Position numbers and translations under genes: made by a program. The notes under the pieces are model-generated. The model had not been told where the DNA came from, ran no database searches, and saw nothing but the letters and a program-made list of their open reading frames with translations. A stretch of 64,000 nucleotides of DNA from an uncultured Melioribacter sp. (lineage in GTDB: Bacteria; Bacteroidota; Ignavibacteria; Kapaibacteriales; Kapaibacteriaceae), in assembly GCA_964465685.1 (NCBI GenBank), contig CAYXKK010000011.1, forward strand, positions 3,356-67,355, in the 5' to 3' direction. Below are positions 10,173 through 19,133 of the stretch, piece after piece. Every line of letters starts with the position of its first letter. Within the stretch, counting starts at the first letter, position 1.

Positions 10173-11075
10173 ATGGCACGTCTCGACCCCTCGACCTACC
10201 ACATACCTGTTATGTTACGCGAATGCCTCGACGCAATGCTGTTGCATCGCGCAGGGCTCATTGTTGATGGAACATTAGGAGGGGGCGGGCATACCGCCGC
10301 CATCCTGGCAGAGGCGCCAGCTGAAAGCATTGTTATGAGTTTCGACGCCGACGAAAAGGCCATCGAACACTGTCGTGATCGCTTTGCTGACGAGCTCGCA
10401 AAGGGGTCTGCATCGCGCTTACGCTTGGTCCATGCCAACTTTGCAACGATGGCAGAGGTAATCAAGGACAGTGGGTTGCCTCTTCAATCTGTTCTGCTCG
10501 ACCTTGGTGTGTCGTCGTATCAATTCGATCATCACGAGCGGGGATTCTCGTTTCGCATGATGGCACCGCTCGATATGCGGTTTACGCCCGAAGGCGAAAC
10601 TGCTGCAGACATCTTGAACCGTCGCACCGAACCCGAGCTAGCGAAGATCTTTCGCGAGTACGGTGATGAACCCCAAGCGTGGCGCCTCGCCAAGGCCGTC
10701 GCCCAACGCAGGGCCCTTGCCAAGCTCTCGACCACGGCGGACTTACGGGATGTCGTGATTCAACACATTCCTCCACATCATCAGCCGAAGACGCTGGCGC
10801 GACTATTTCAAGCACTTCGCATCGCAGTGAACGACGAGCTTCGTCGCTTGGAGCAGACGTTGACGTCGATCATTCCCCTTCTGCAGCCGGGCGGACGGAT
10901 TGTGGTGATGAGTTATCACAGTGGTGAGGATCGTATCGTGAAAAACGTCTTCAAGGCGCATACCGACGTGCTTACGATCATCACCAAGAAGGCTGTTGAA
11001 GCGCAACCCGACGAACTGGCTACGAATCCGCGTGCACGAAGTGCACGTCTTCGCGTGGCAGAGCGCCGCGCATAA
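10173..11075 (+). CDS. rsmH: 16S rRNA m4C1402 methyltransferase
   Basis: HIPVML, DGTLGGGGH, DLGVSS, RGFSF, FQALRIAVN, HSGEDR and NPRARSARLR motifs. Confidence 0.96.
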   Translation: MARLDPSTYHIPVMLRECLDAMLLHRAGLIVDGTLGGGGHTAAILAEAPAESIVMSFDADEKAIEHCRDRFADELAKGSASRLRLVHANFATMAEVIKDSGLPLQSVLLDLGVSSYQFDHHERGFSFRMMAPLDMRFTPEGETAADILNRRTEPELAKIFREYGDEPQAWRLAKAVAQRRALAKLSTTADLRDVVIQHIPPHHQPKTLARLFQALRIAVNDELRRLEQTLTSIIPLLQPGGRIVVMSYHSGEDRIVKNVFKAHTDVLTIITKKAVEAQPDELATNPRARSARLRVAERRA

Positions 11076-11077
11076 CC

Positions 11078-11085
11078 TATGTTTG
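11078..11085 (+). promoter_or_regulatory. -7 promoter element (TATGTTTG) upstream of murF
   Basis: Exact TAnnTTTG in the rsmH-murF gap. Confidence 0.45.
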
Positions 11086-11110
11086 TAGCGCAGCATAAGG
11101 GGTGACACAC

Positions 11111-12502
11111 ATGACGAATGCCGCTTCGTTTACATACGAGGATCTGCAGATCATTGCAGGAAGCGCGGCCGCACATCTTCCACGTACGACTACCATCACT
11201 GGTGTCAGCACCGACACACGGTCGCTTGCACCGGGTAATGCATTTGTCGCATTACGCGGTGAACGTGTAGACGGTCATCTCTACGTCGCCACTGCAATCG
11301 AGCGTGGTGCAGCATTGATCGTTGTTGACGCTGACTTCGACGCGAGCGTAGAGCTTCAGTCAATGCCATCAACTCCGCCGTTTCTCGTCGTTGATTCTAC
11401 GTTGCGCTTCTTGGGCTCATGTGCGTGGCACCACCGACGTCGCTTCCAGTTACCTGTGATTGCTATTGCGGGTGCAGCAGGCAAGACCTCAACGAAGGAT
11501 CTCACTGCGCACGTGCTTGCGAGCACACTCCACGTTCTCAAGACGGAAGCGAACTACAACAATCAAATCGGTACACCGCTTACGCTGCTGCAGCTCACAG
11601 CTGAGCATGAAGCTGCCGTAATTGAGATTGGTACAAACGAGCCTGGTGAGATTGAACTGCTGTGCGCAATGGTGCAGCCAACGATCGGTCTGATTACGAA
11701 CATCGGCAAGGAACATCTCGAAAAGCTCATCGACCTTGATGGTGTTGAGCGTGAGGAGACTGCACTCTTTGACTGGCTTCGTGATCACAACGGTCTTGCC
11801 CTGGTCAATGTCGATGATGATCGACTAGCGAAGTATGCAACAACCTTTGTCCGCTGCATCACGTTTGGCATCGATTCCGGCGCTGACATCCATCCACACG
11901 TCTCGTTCGACAGTGAAGTGCGTCCTGCGATGCATCTTGTTCATGGCACCTTTACGCTCCGTGCACAAATGCAGGCAGTCGGACTAGCTGCAGCGTATAA
12001 CGCTACGTGTGCGCTTGCGGTCGCTTGGGCATTACAACTGCACGCCGCGGATGTGCAACGCGCACTGACGTCGTATCAGCCTGCGCAAGGTCATGGGTAC
12101 GCGCGCATGGTTGTTGAGCAACGTGGTTCAATGACCGTGCTCAACGATTGCTACAACGCAAATCCTGAATCAATGGTCATGGCTCTACGAACACTCCAAC
12201 ACTACCCTGCTCAGAAGCGCATCGCTGTGCTTGGAGATATGCGAGAACTTGGCACAGTTGCACGCGAAGAACACGTGCATATTCTAACGGAAGCATCTAC
12301 TCGCTCCGACCTCGTGCTGGTTATCGGAGATGAATTCCGGGAAGCAGCTCAACTTGTTGATCTTCCGCATGTGATCGTCCATCAAACACACCGCGGCTGT
12401 GCCGAGGATCTCCGACAGTACGATCACGAGGGCGTGGTTGTACTGATCAAGGGGTCACGTGGCATGCAGATGGAAACCATCCTTTCTGAACTTCAGCACT
12501 AA
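11111..12502 (+). CDS. murF: UDP-MurNAc-tripeptide:D-Ala-D-Ala ligase
   Basis: STDTR, GKTSTK, NNQIG, DCYNANPES, LGDMRELG and KGSRG motifs; alternative GTG start at 11102. Confidence 0.93.
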   Translation: MTNAASFTYEDLQIIAGSAAAHLPRTTTITGVSTDTRSLAPGNAFVALRGERVDGHLYVATAIERGAALIVVDADFDASVELQSMPSTPPFLVVDSTLRFLGSCAWHHRRRFQLPVIAIAGAAGKTSTKDLTAHVLASTLHVLKTEANYNNQIGTPLTLLQLTAEHEAAVIEIGTNEPGEIELLCAMVQPTIGLITNIGKEHLEKLIDLDGVEREETALFDWLRDHNGLALVNVDDDRLAKYATTFVRCITFGIDSGADIHPHVSFDSEVRPAMHLVHGTFTLRAQMQAVGLAAAYNATCALAVAWALQLHAADVQRALTSYQPAQGHGYARMVVEQRGSMTVLNDCYNANPESMVMALRTLQHYPAQKRIAVLGDMRELGTVAREEHVHILTEASTRSDLVLVIGDEFREAAQLVDLPHVIVHQTHRGCAEDLRQYDHEGVVVLIKGSRGMQMETILSELQH

Positions 12503-12507
12503 GGCCT

Positions 12508-13638
12508 ATGCTGTATCAGCTTACTCTGTGGTTGCGTTCGCTTGGCGATATCGCCGGCATCAATCTCTTCGGTTACGTCACATTTCGCGCTGCAGCTGCA
12601 GCGATTTCGGCGTTGTTGATTGCGATCTTCGTTGGTCCGAGTATCATTCGTGCTCTGAAGCGCTTGCAGATTGGCGAGCAGGCAAAGCAAGAGCTGCAAT
12701 CCGTAGGCGGACACTCGCTGAAGGCCGGAACGCCCACAATGGGTGGACTCATCGTGCTTGCTGCGATTCTGATCCCGACGCTGCTCTGGGCCAACATTCT
12801 CAACATGTACGTCGTGATGGCAGTGTTCACAACTGCATCGCTTGGAGCAGTTGGCTTCCTCGACGATTATCTCAAAGTGATCAAGAAGCTTCCTAAGGGG
12901 CTCATCGGACGCTATAAAATCGTCGGACAGGTTGTCGTTGGTCTTGTCGTTGGTTGTTCGCTGTATTTCTTTCCGGAGTGGTTTTCGGCGACACTGCCCT
13001 CGGTAAGCACGCTTACGACGATTCCATTTGAAAAGCTCTCGAACTTCGACTTCGGCTTGCTCTATATCCCTGTCGTAATCTTCATTATCACAGCAACATC
13101 CAACGCTGTGAATCTCACAGACGGACTCGACGGACTCTGCATCGGCACTGTTGGTGTGAGTGCTCTTACACTTGCCGTGATTGCCTACTTCAGTGGCAAT
13201 GCATTCTTCGCCGATTACCTCAACATCATGCACTTACAAGGCACTGAAGAACTCACCATTTTCTGTGCCGCAATCGTTGGCGCTGCGATGGGCTTTTTGT
13301 GGTATAACGCCTATCCAGCGCAGGTGTTTATGGGTGATACGGGATCACTTGCTCTCGGTGGCGCAATCGGCGTGTTGTGTGTGCTCATCAAGAAGGAGTT
13401 TCTCCTTCCGATCGTTGGGGGTGTATTCTTTGCAGAAACCGTAAGTGTGATTCTGCAGGTAACGTACTTCAAGGTGACGAAGAAACGCTTTGGCGAAGGC
13501 CGGCGCATTTTCAAGATGGCCCCGCTACATCACCACTTCGAAAAGAGTGGTTGGCACGAATCCAAGATCGTAACACGCTTCTACATCATTGCCATCATGT
13601 TGGCGATCGTCACGATGGCGTCGTTCAAGGTGCGGTAA
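12508..13638 (+). CDS. mraY: Phospho-N-acetylmuramoyl-pentapeptide transferase
   Basis: GTPTMGG, DDYLK, NAVNLTDGLDG, FMGDTGS and MAPLHHHFE motifs. Confidence 0.97.
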   Translation: MLYQLTLWLRSLGDIAGINLFGYVTFRAAAAAISALLIAIFVGPSIIRALKRLQIGEQAKQELQSVGGHSLKAGTPTMGGLIVLAAILIPTLLWANILNMYVVMAVFTTASLGAVGFLDDYLKVIKKLPKGLIGRYKIVGQVVVGLVVGCSLYFFPEWFSATLPSVSTLTTIPFEKLSNFDFGLLYIPVVIFIITATSNAVNLTDGLDGLCIGTVGVSALTLAVIAYFSGNAFFADYLNIMHLQGTEELTIFCAAIVGAAMGFLWYNAYPAQVFMGDTGSLALGGAIGVLCVLIKKEFLLPIVGGVFFAETVSVILQVTYFKVTKKRFGEGRRIFKMAPLHHHFEKSGWHESKIVTRFYIIAIMLAIVTMASFKVR

Positions 13639-13643
13639 CGTCG

Positions 13644-15815
13644 TTACGGCGTGTACCGAAGCGATAGCGTTGCCATCACATTCCGTGGAAGACCTGGCTC
13701 GATGTACGGAACACCGCCACGCGTAACGTCTGGATTGATCCATGCCGACGCCATGTATGATGTGTTCAGTACGTTATCGACACGTCCGAGTATGTTCAGT
13801 GTGATATGTTCAGGTACGATTCCGATGCGTACACCTGCAGCAGCTGAAACTACAGTCCACCCATCGACAACGATAGTGTTCGCATCATCAGCATAGTACG
13901 AGCTGAGTGTTCGTGATTCAACTTCAGCAAACCAGCCTTCACGTTCAGGTAGATCATAGCGTAGGCGCACCGTTGCTGAGGCACGAGGAATGCCCGACTG
14001 TTCGTTCCCTGCATAGGAGACAGTCTTCCCATTCAGTTCCTGCGCTATGTATCCGGAGTCAATCACATAGTCGATGAACTGTGTCGACATCAATGAACCA
14101 CTTAGCGCAACAGTAACGCCTCCTCCAATCGTCGCCATCGCGCCAAGTTCGGCACCAATGCGACGTGACTTCCCGACGGTTGTAAAGAAGGCACCCGAGT
14201 TATACGGAGCGATATCGTTTTCAATGTCAATCATGTAGACTGCCGCATCGTACGTTACAATGTCGGTCGCACGTCCCTTGACACCAGCCTCATATGTCGT
14301 GCTGATGATTGGTGCAAGAAGCGGATTGATCGCTCGTGTAGGAGTAGTAGCACCGATGAATGCTGGTGGGTCCGTTTCATTTCCTGCCGGGACTTCGATG
14401 CCACCTCCAAGACTTCCGTAGACACTGAGATCATCGGTCAGACGATAGTTGATGCCAATCTTCGGGATGACACGTGAAAACGTCACCGACGTGTCCGCTG
14501 CAGGAGTGATGAAATCCTGGTTGGCGTACTGCACAACATCGTATCGGACTCCGGCTACCACACTGAGGGCGCCTAACATAATCTCATCTTGAATGAATGC
14601 GCCAAGGTTACTTGCACCCTCTCGCTTATTCTGCCGAAGTGTCGTGCCACGTCCTTTCGTGATTGGATCGAGATTATAGAACAGGATTGCTCCGTCCTGT
14701 ACCTGAACATCTGCTCCGGCAAGAATCTTGTTGTAGATGGTTGATGATACTCGGTGCGATGTATGTGCAACAACGTTGCCTCCAACATGGTAGCGATTGA
14801 AATCGCGCCACGTGTTGCGTTCGGAACGAGCAAGTTTCTTTGTTTGGACAAACGCCATTGAGGTAAGACCTGTCGACGCGGTGAAGTTGTGCTCCACAGT
14901 TGTTCCGATGCGCAACAGCATGTTATCGCGACGTTCATCTCGTTGAACAAAGCTTGGTCGGTAGATGAGCGTATCTCCCTGGGCTTGTTGCGGATCAGCA
15001 AGAAACTGTTCTCGTGTCAGGGGGCCCGGAATCTCAAATTGATTCGATGCACCTGTGAGGAACACCTTCACGTTGGTCTGTGTAGAGGGCTGTGTAACAA
15101 AGCCGACAGTACCCAGTGCCTGTGATCCACGCGACATTGCTCGCCATCCATCGACCGCAGTATTCGTGAGCGATGCATAGATCTGTCCGTTATCTAACGG
15201 AGCATTTGCAAGAAGTGACTGACGAAGGAATCCGTAACTCCCGATACTCGCACTCATGTCGGCGAATGCGTGACGTTCTTGCGGGACTGTAGACACCGAC
15301 ACCACGCCCCCTGATGCATTGCCCCAAAGTGTTGACGCATTCGATCGAATCACTTCGATTGACGACGCATGTACGGTGTTGATGAGGTCGAACGATGTTC
15401 GACCATCGGGCTCAGTCTCGGGAATTCCGTCCGTGTAGAATCGGATACCTCGCGACGTACCGGCATTTGATCGTTGTCCAGCACCACGAGCTCCGAATCC
15501 ACGAATCTGGATGCGTGTATCGATTCCGCCAGAACGCGATTGTCCTATTACGCCCGGTACCAACGTCAATACACCATCAATACCGTACCCACGTTGCGTT
15601 TGCAAAACCATAGGGGGCACAACGGATATCGCCAGAGGGACTTCTAGTAAGTCTTCCTCATCTCGTACTGCCGTGACGCGAACCTCACGACCTTGGTATG
15701 ACCTCAAGCGTGTGGTATCTGTTGTTCGGAGAGCAGTCGAGTCAGTACCGGTCGCTGCGGATGTTGCAGACATCAACAGAACGAAGAAGGTAGTGAGCAA
15801 GATTATGAATCGCAT
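13644..15815 (-). CDS. TonB-dependent receptor
   Basis: Signal peptide; plug motifs IQIRGFG, DGIP and IEVIRS...LWGNASGGVV; barrel with GVRYD, YEAGVK, VDN and PGLPR. Confidence 0.9.
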   Translation of the reverse strand: MRFIILLTTFFVLLMSATSAATGTDSTALRTTDTTRLRSYQGREVRVTAVRDEEDLLEVPLAISVVPPMVLQTQRGYGIDGVLTLVPGVIGQSRSGGIDTRIQIRGFGARGAGQRSNAGTSRGIRFYTDGIPETEPDGRTSFDLINTVHASSIEVIRSNASTLWGNASGGVVSVSTVPQERHAFADMSASIGSYGFLRQSLLANAPLDNGQIYASLTNTAVDGWRAMSRGSQALGTVGFVTQPSTQTNVKVFLTGASNQFEIPGPLTREQFLADPQQAQGDTLIYRPSFVQRDERRDNMLLRIGTTVEHNFTASTGLTSMAFVQTKKLARSERNTWRDFNRYHVGGNVVAHTSHRVSSTIYNKILAGADVQVQDGAILFYNLDPITKGRGTTLRQNKREGASNLGAFIQDEIMLGALSVVAGVRYDVVQYANQDFITPAADTSVTFSRVIPKIGINYRLTDDLSVYGSLGGGIEVPAGNETDPPAFIGATTPTRAINPLLAPIISTTYEAGVKGRATDIVTYDAAVYMIDIENDIAPYNSGAFFTTVGKSRRIGAELGAMATIGGGVTVALSGSLMSTQFIDYVIDSGYIAQELNGKTVSYAGNEQSGIPRASATVRLRYDLPEREGWFAEVESRTLSSYYADDANTIVVDGWTVVSAAAGVRIGIVPEHITLNILGRVDNVLNTSYMASAWINPDVTRGGVPYIEPGLPRNVMATLSLRYTP

Positions 15816-15920
15816 CGCGAGATGTGTTTCGGTTGTGTTACGTCAATGCAAGCGGTACGAAGGTAACATTTCGGACATCACGAGGTTATTAGGACGATCT
15901 CCACCATCTGCATTCTCGTT

Positions 15921-18900
15921 GTGACGCTTCATTCTCGGTTCTTTTTATTTGCTCTACTGATCACCACCACCAGTGTCTATGGGCAAACGTCGTTTCGCAA
16001 TCTCACATTTAGCATCCTTCGTAATCCCGAGCCTGGATACTATCTGATAGAGCCGAATGCATCAGACTCAATTGGGTTTGTTGATAACAGCGGTCGTAGT
16101 ATCAACCGGCACAAAGTTGGTATCCACTCGAACGTCCAGGTTTACAACGACACATACATCACCTACTTCGTGTCGACCGCTACGTCGGAGGCATACTTTC
16201 TCCGTCGGGATAAGAACTTCAATGTGATCGATACTCTACGTCCAACGCAGGGTAACTTCGTTGACTTTCATGAAGGGAAAGTTTGGACGGATACGTCGTA
16301 CGTTGTGCTCGCGACGGAAACCCGTGTGATGGATCTGTCGGGCGTTGTGCAGGGGGGGAACCCAGCCGCAACTGTCATCGGCGCGGTAATCCAAGAACGA
16401 CGATTCTCGGACGGAGCGGTACTGTTTGAGTGGAAGTCACTCGATCACATTCCGGTGACGGACGTTACCGACGACATCAAGTTGAGTGACAACCTCATTG
16501 ACTATATCCATGTCAATAGTGTGTGGAAGGATACCGACGGTAATCTTCTCGTTTCCTGTCGCCACACGGATGAAGTTATCAAAATCAAGAAGTCAACTGG
16601 CGATGTGTTGTGGCGTCTTGGAGGTTCCGCATCAAAGGGGAATCAATTCACATTTATCGACGATACCTTCAACAACTTCACTGGCTTTTCGCATCAGCAT
16701 TCTGCAATTCGCACGAAGAGTGGCAATATCCTGTTGTTCGACAACGGCAATCTTCGACCGCCACCCAACTATGCACGTGTCGTAGAGTACGCCCTCGACA
16801 CAGTGGCCATGACGGCAACGCGCGTATGGACATGGCAACCGACAATGGGCGTTATCGCCAGCTCTCAGGGTAGCGTGCAAGAGTTGGATGGGGGCAACAT
16901 TTTGATTGGATGGGGTTCAGGGTCGGACACATATATCGCACATGAAGTGCGTCGCGATGGCACGATCGAAGCGGAAATCCGAAACCTCAGTGGCAGTGGG
17001 TTGATCCCCTATCGTGTGAGCAAGACACGCCTTGGAATGACCGGTGTGAAGAAGGATATCTCTTCTACTGGGATGTACACATTCTCAACGAGCGACAGCA
17101 CCACACACGTTCGCCTTTCGTTGACGCGCGCTGTCGATACCACTCGCGTCGTCGTTGAATATCATCACTACGCACCACACAATGTGTCGTTTAACGGCGA
17201 AGCCGCGTGTGGTGTTGTGCCTGCCCGTCTGACTGTACGTGCGAATACGCCTGAGAACGTCGCTGGCGCTGTCATTTTCGACGTAGGATCTATTCCGGCT
17301 GTCGAGTACCCTGATTTGATTAACGTGTACCATCGTCCTATCGAAGGGCAGGGGGCGTTCACACGCGTTGATGGCATGTACTCAGAGCAACAGCAGGTGT
17401 TCACGACATCGAAGTTTCTCAGTGGCGAGTTTCTCTTGAGCTATGCTGAATGTCTCGAGCCAACACCTGTAAAGCCACTGCATCAAGCGGTTGAAGTTAC
17501 GACAACGCCGATGCTCACATGGACACCTGCAGTTGCGGCTGAGTCGTACGACGTGCAGGTATCTACGAGTGCGGCGTTCTCTCCACTTATGTTTTCGCAG
17601 ACGACAGCCAACCTTGATGTAATCCTCCCCACTGTCCAAGAGAGCACAACGCTCTTCTGGCGCGTTCGGAAGCGTACAGGAACAGAAGTTGGACCGTGGT
17701 CCACGCCGTTTCGATTCACCGTTGTTATGGGTGTGCCCACTCTCCTATCACCTGTGATGGAAGATGACACGATTGCTGTACTCCCAACAGCTGAGTTTCG
17801 ATGGGTACCGGGCATTGGTTCACCAAGGAGTCGAATTCGAATCACATCGTTAGCATCGAACACCGTCGTTATTGACACAATCATCGACGAACCACGATTT
17901 GTTCCTGGCAACACGCTACGTCCACATACATGGTACAGTTGGACGGTAAATGCATGGGCTGAAAATGTGAATGGTCGCTCTGCAAAATCACAGACGTTCA
18001 TCACGTCTGTTGGCATACCTCGCCTCCGAGGACCTGGAGCAAACGTCACTGGTGTACCACCCTATCAGGCCACTTTTGTTTGGGACTCTGTTGCTGGTGC
18101 AACGTCGTACACGGTATTGTTGCGAAACGCGAGTGACACAACAATCATCGCATCGTACGAGACCCCGACACCAACTGTTGTGGGTCGCAATCTCCCGTCG
18201 TCCACTAAGTTGACATGGACATGCCGAGGGAATAGCAAGTATGGGCCAGGTCCTTATGCGGTCCCGACTACGTTCACGACATCTGCATCGTCAAGCCTTC
18301 CCGCTCCGCGCACTACATCGCCCCGTGGCGGTGTGATTGTCGATACAACATCAGTTGTGCTGCGATGGAGTGATGTCTATGGTGCAAAGCTCTACGACTT
18401 ACAGTATTCCACGAGTGCATCCTTCACGAGCGACGTCATATCGCGATTCGATCTCGCAACTACTCAGGTGACCATTGGTCCGCTACGTTCCTCCACGCCG
18501 TACTATTGGCGGGTGTTGGGACGAAGCGAGTTTGCAACTGGAACATGGTCAGATACAGCGGTCTTCAAAACAAACTCGCCGCCTGGGAAGGGTCTGATAC
18601 CACTATCGCCCCCTATTGGCACAATAGATGTTGCTGTCAATGGAACTGTTGCGTATTCGACTTCGCCGGTGTATACGTCATACCGCGTAGAGTTTTCTAC
18701 TTCCCCGACGTTCCAACCTATCGTATCGACGTTCGTGAGCACGACTGGTGAGTGTTCCTACCAAGACCTTGAGCGCGAGACAACGTATTTCTGGCGAGTA
18801 CGCGGATCACGCGATGGTTCACCAACCGAGGTTGGCATTGCCTCGCACTTTACGACCCTCCGCAACGATGTTGTCTCCGTCGCAGTCGAGTCTGAAACGA

Positions 18901-19133
18901 GCACACTAACGTCGGTTCGCTCGGGCACATCATTGCGGATTAGTGGATTCGGCGAACAAGGAGCATCTACAGTTCGCATTGTCGATCTACAAGGCAGACT
19001 GCTCGCGTCCGCTGCGCAGCTTCAGGAAAACAGTGTTGTTCTTGACCTATCTCACGTTTCGCAGCGACAATTCCTCTTCATCACTGTAATGAGAGAGTCG
19101 GGTATGATCTCGACAATGTCGTTGTTATGGTAG
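15921..19133 (+). CDS. Arylsulfotransferase (ASST)-like propeller + unnamed domain + about 5 FN3-like repeats + T9SS-like C-terminal domain
   Basis: DFHE, DYIHVNS, SCRH, WRLGG, FSHQH and FDNG motifs; repeated W...Y.W.V FN3-like units; C-terminal DLQGRLL. Confidence 0.8.
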   Translation: MTLHSRFFLFALLITTTSVYGQTSFRNLTFSILRNPEPGYYLIEPNASDSIGFVDNSGRSINRHKVGIHSNVQVYNDTYITYFVSTATSEAYFLRRDKNFNVIDTLRPTQGNFVDFHEGKVWTDTSYVVLATETRVMDLSGVVQGGNPAATVIGAVIQERRFSDGAVLFEWKSLDHIPVTDVTDDIKLSDNLIDYIHVNSVWKDTDGNLLVSCRHTDEVIKIKKSTGDVLWRLGGSASKGNQFTFIDDTFNNFTGFSHQHSAIRTKSGNILLFDNGNLRPPPNYARVVEYALDTVAMTATRVWTWQPTMGVIASSQGSVQELDGGNILIGWGSGSDTYIAHEVRRDGTIEAEIRNLSGSGLIPYRVSKTRLGMTGVKKDISSTGMYTFSTSDSTTHVRLSLTRAVDTTRVVVEYHHYAPHNVSFNGEAACGVVPARLTVRANTPENVAGAVIFDVGSIPAVEYPDLINVYHRPIEGQGAFTRVDGMYSEQQQVFTTSKFLSGEFLLSYAECLEPTPVKPLHQAVEVTTTPMLTWTPAVAAESYDVQVSTSAAFSPLMFSQTTANLDVILPTVQESTTLFWRVRKRTGTEVGPWSTPFRFTVVMGVPTLLSPVMEDDTIAVLPTAEFRWVPGIGSPRSRIRITSLASNTVVIDTIIDEPRFVPGNTLRPHTWYSWTVNAWAENVNGRSAKSQTFITSVGIPRLRGPGANVTGVPPYQATFVWDSVAGATSYTVLLRNASDTTIIASYETPTPTVVGRNLPSSTKLTWTCRGNSKYGPGPYAVPTTFTTSASSSLPAPRTTSPRGGVIVDTTSVVLRWSDVYGAKLYDLQYSTSASFTSDVISRFDLATTQVTIGPLRSSTPYYWRVLGRSEFATGTWSDTAVFKTNSPPGKGLIPLSPPIGTIDVAVNGTVAYSTSPVYTSYRVEFSTSPTFQPIVSTFVSTTGECSYQDLERETTYFWRVRGSRDGSPTEVGIASHFTTLRNDVVSVAVESETSTLTSVRSGTSLRISGFGEQGASTVRIVDLQGRLLASAAQLQENSVVLDLSHVSQRQFLFITVMRESGMISTMSLLW

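Noticed and set aside
12499-13233. Long antisense ORFs (e.g. 244 aa opposite mraY, 188 aa at 17483-18049, 191 aa at 58112-58687)
   Set aside because: Shadow frames of well-supported genes, with no recognisable motifs.
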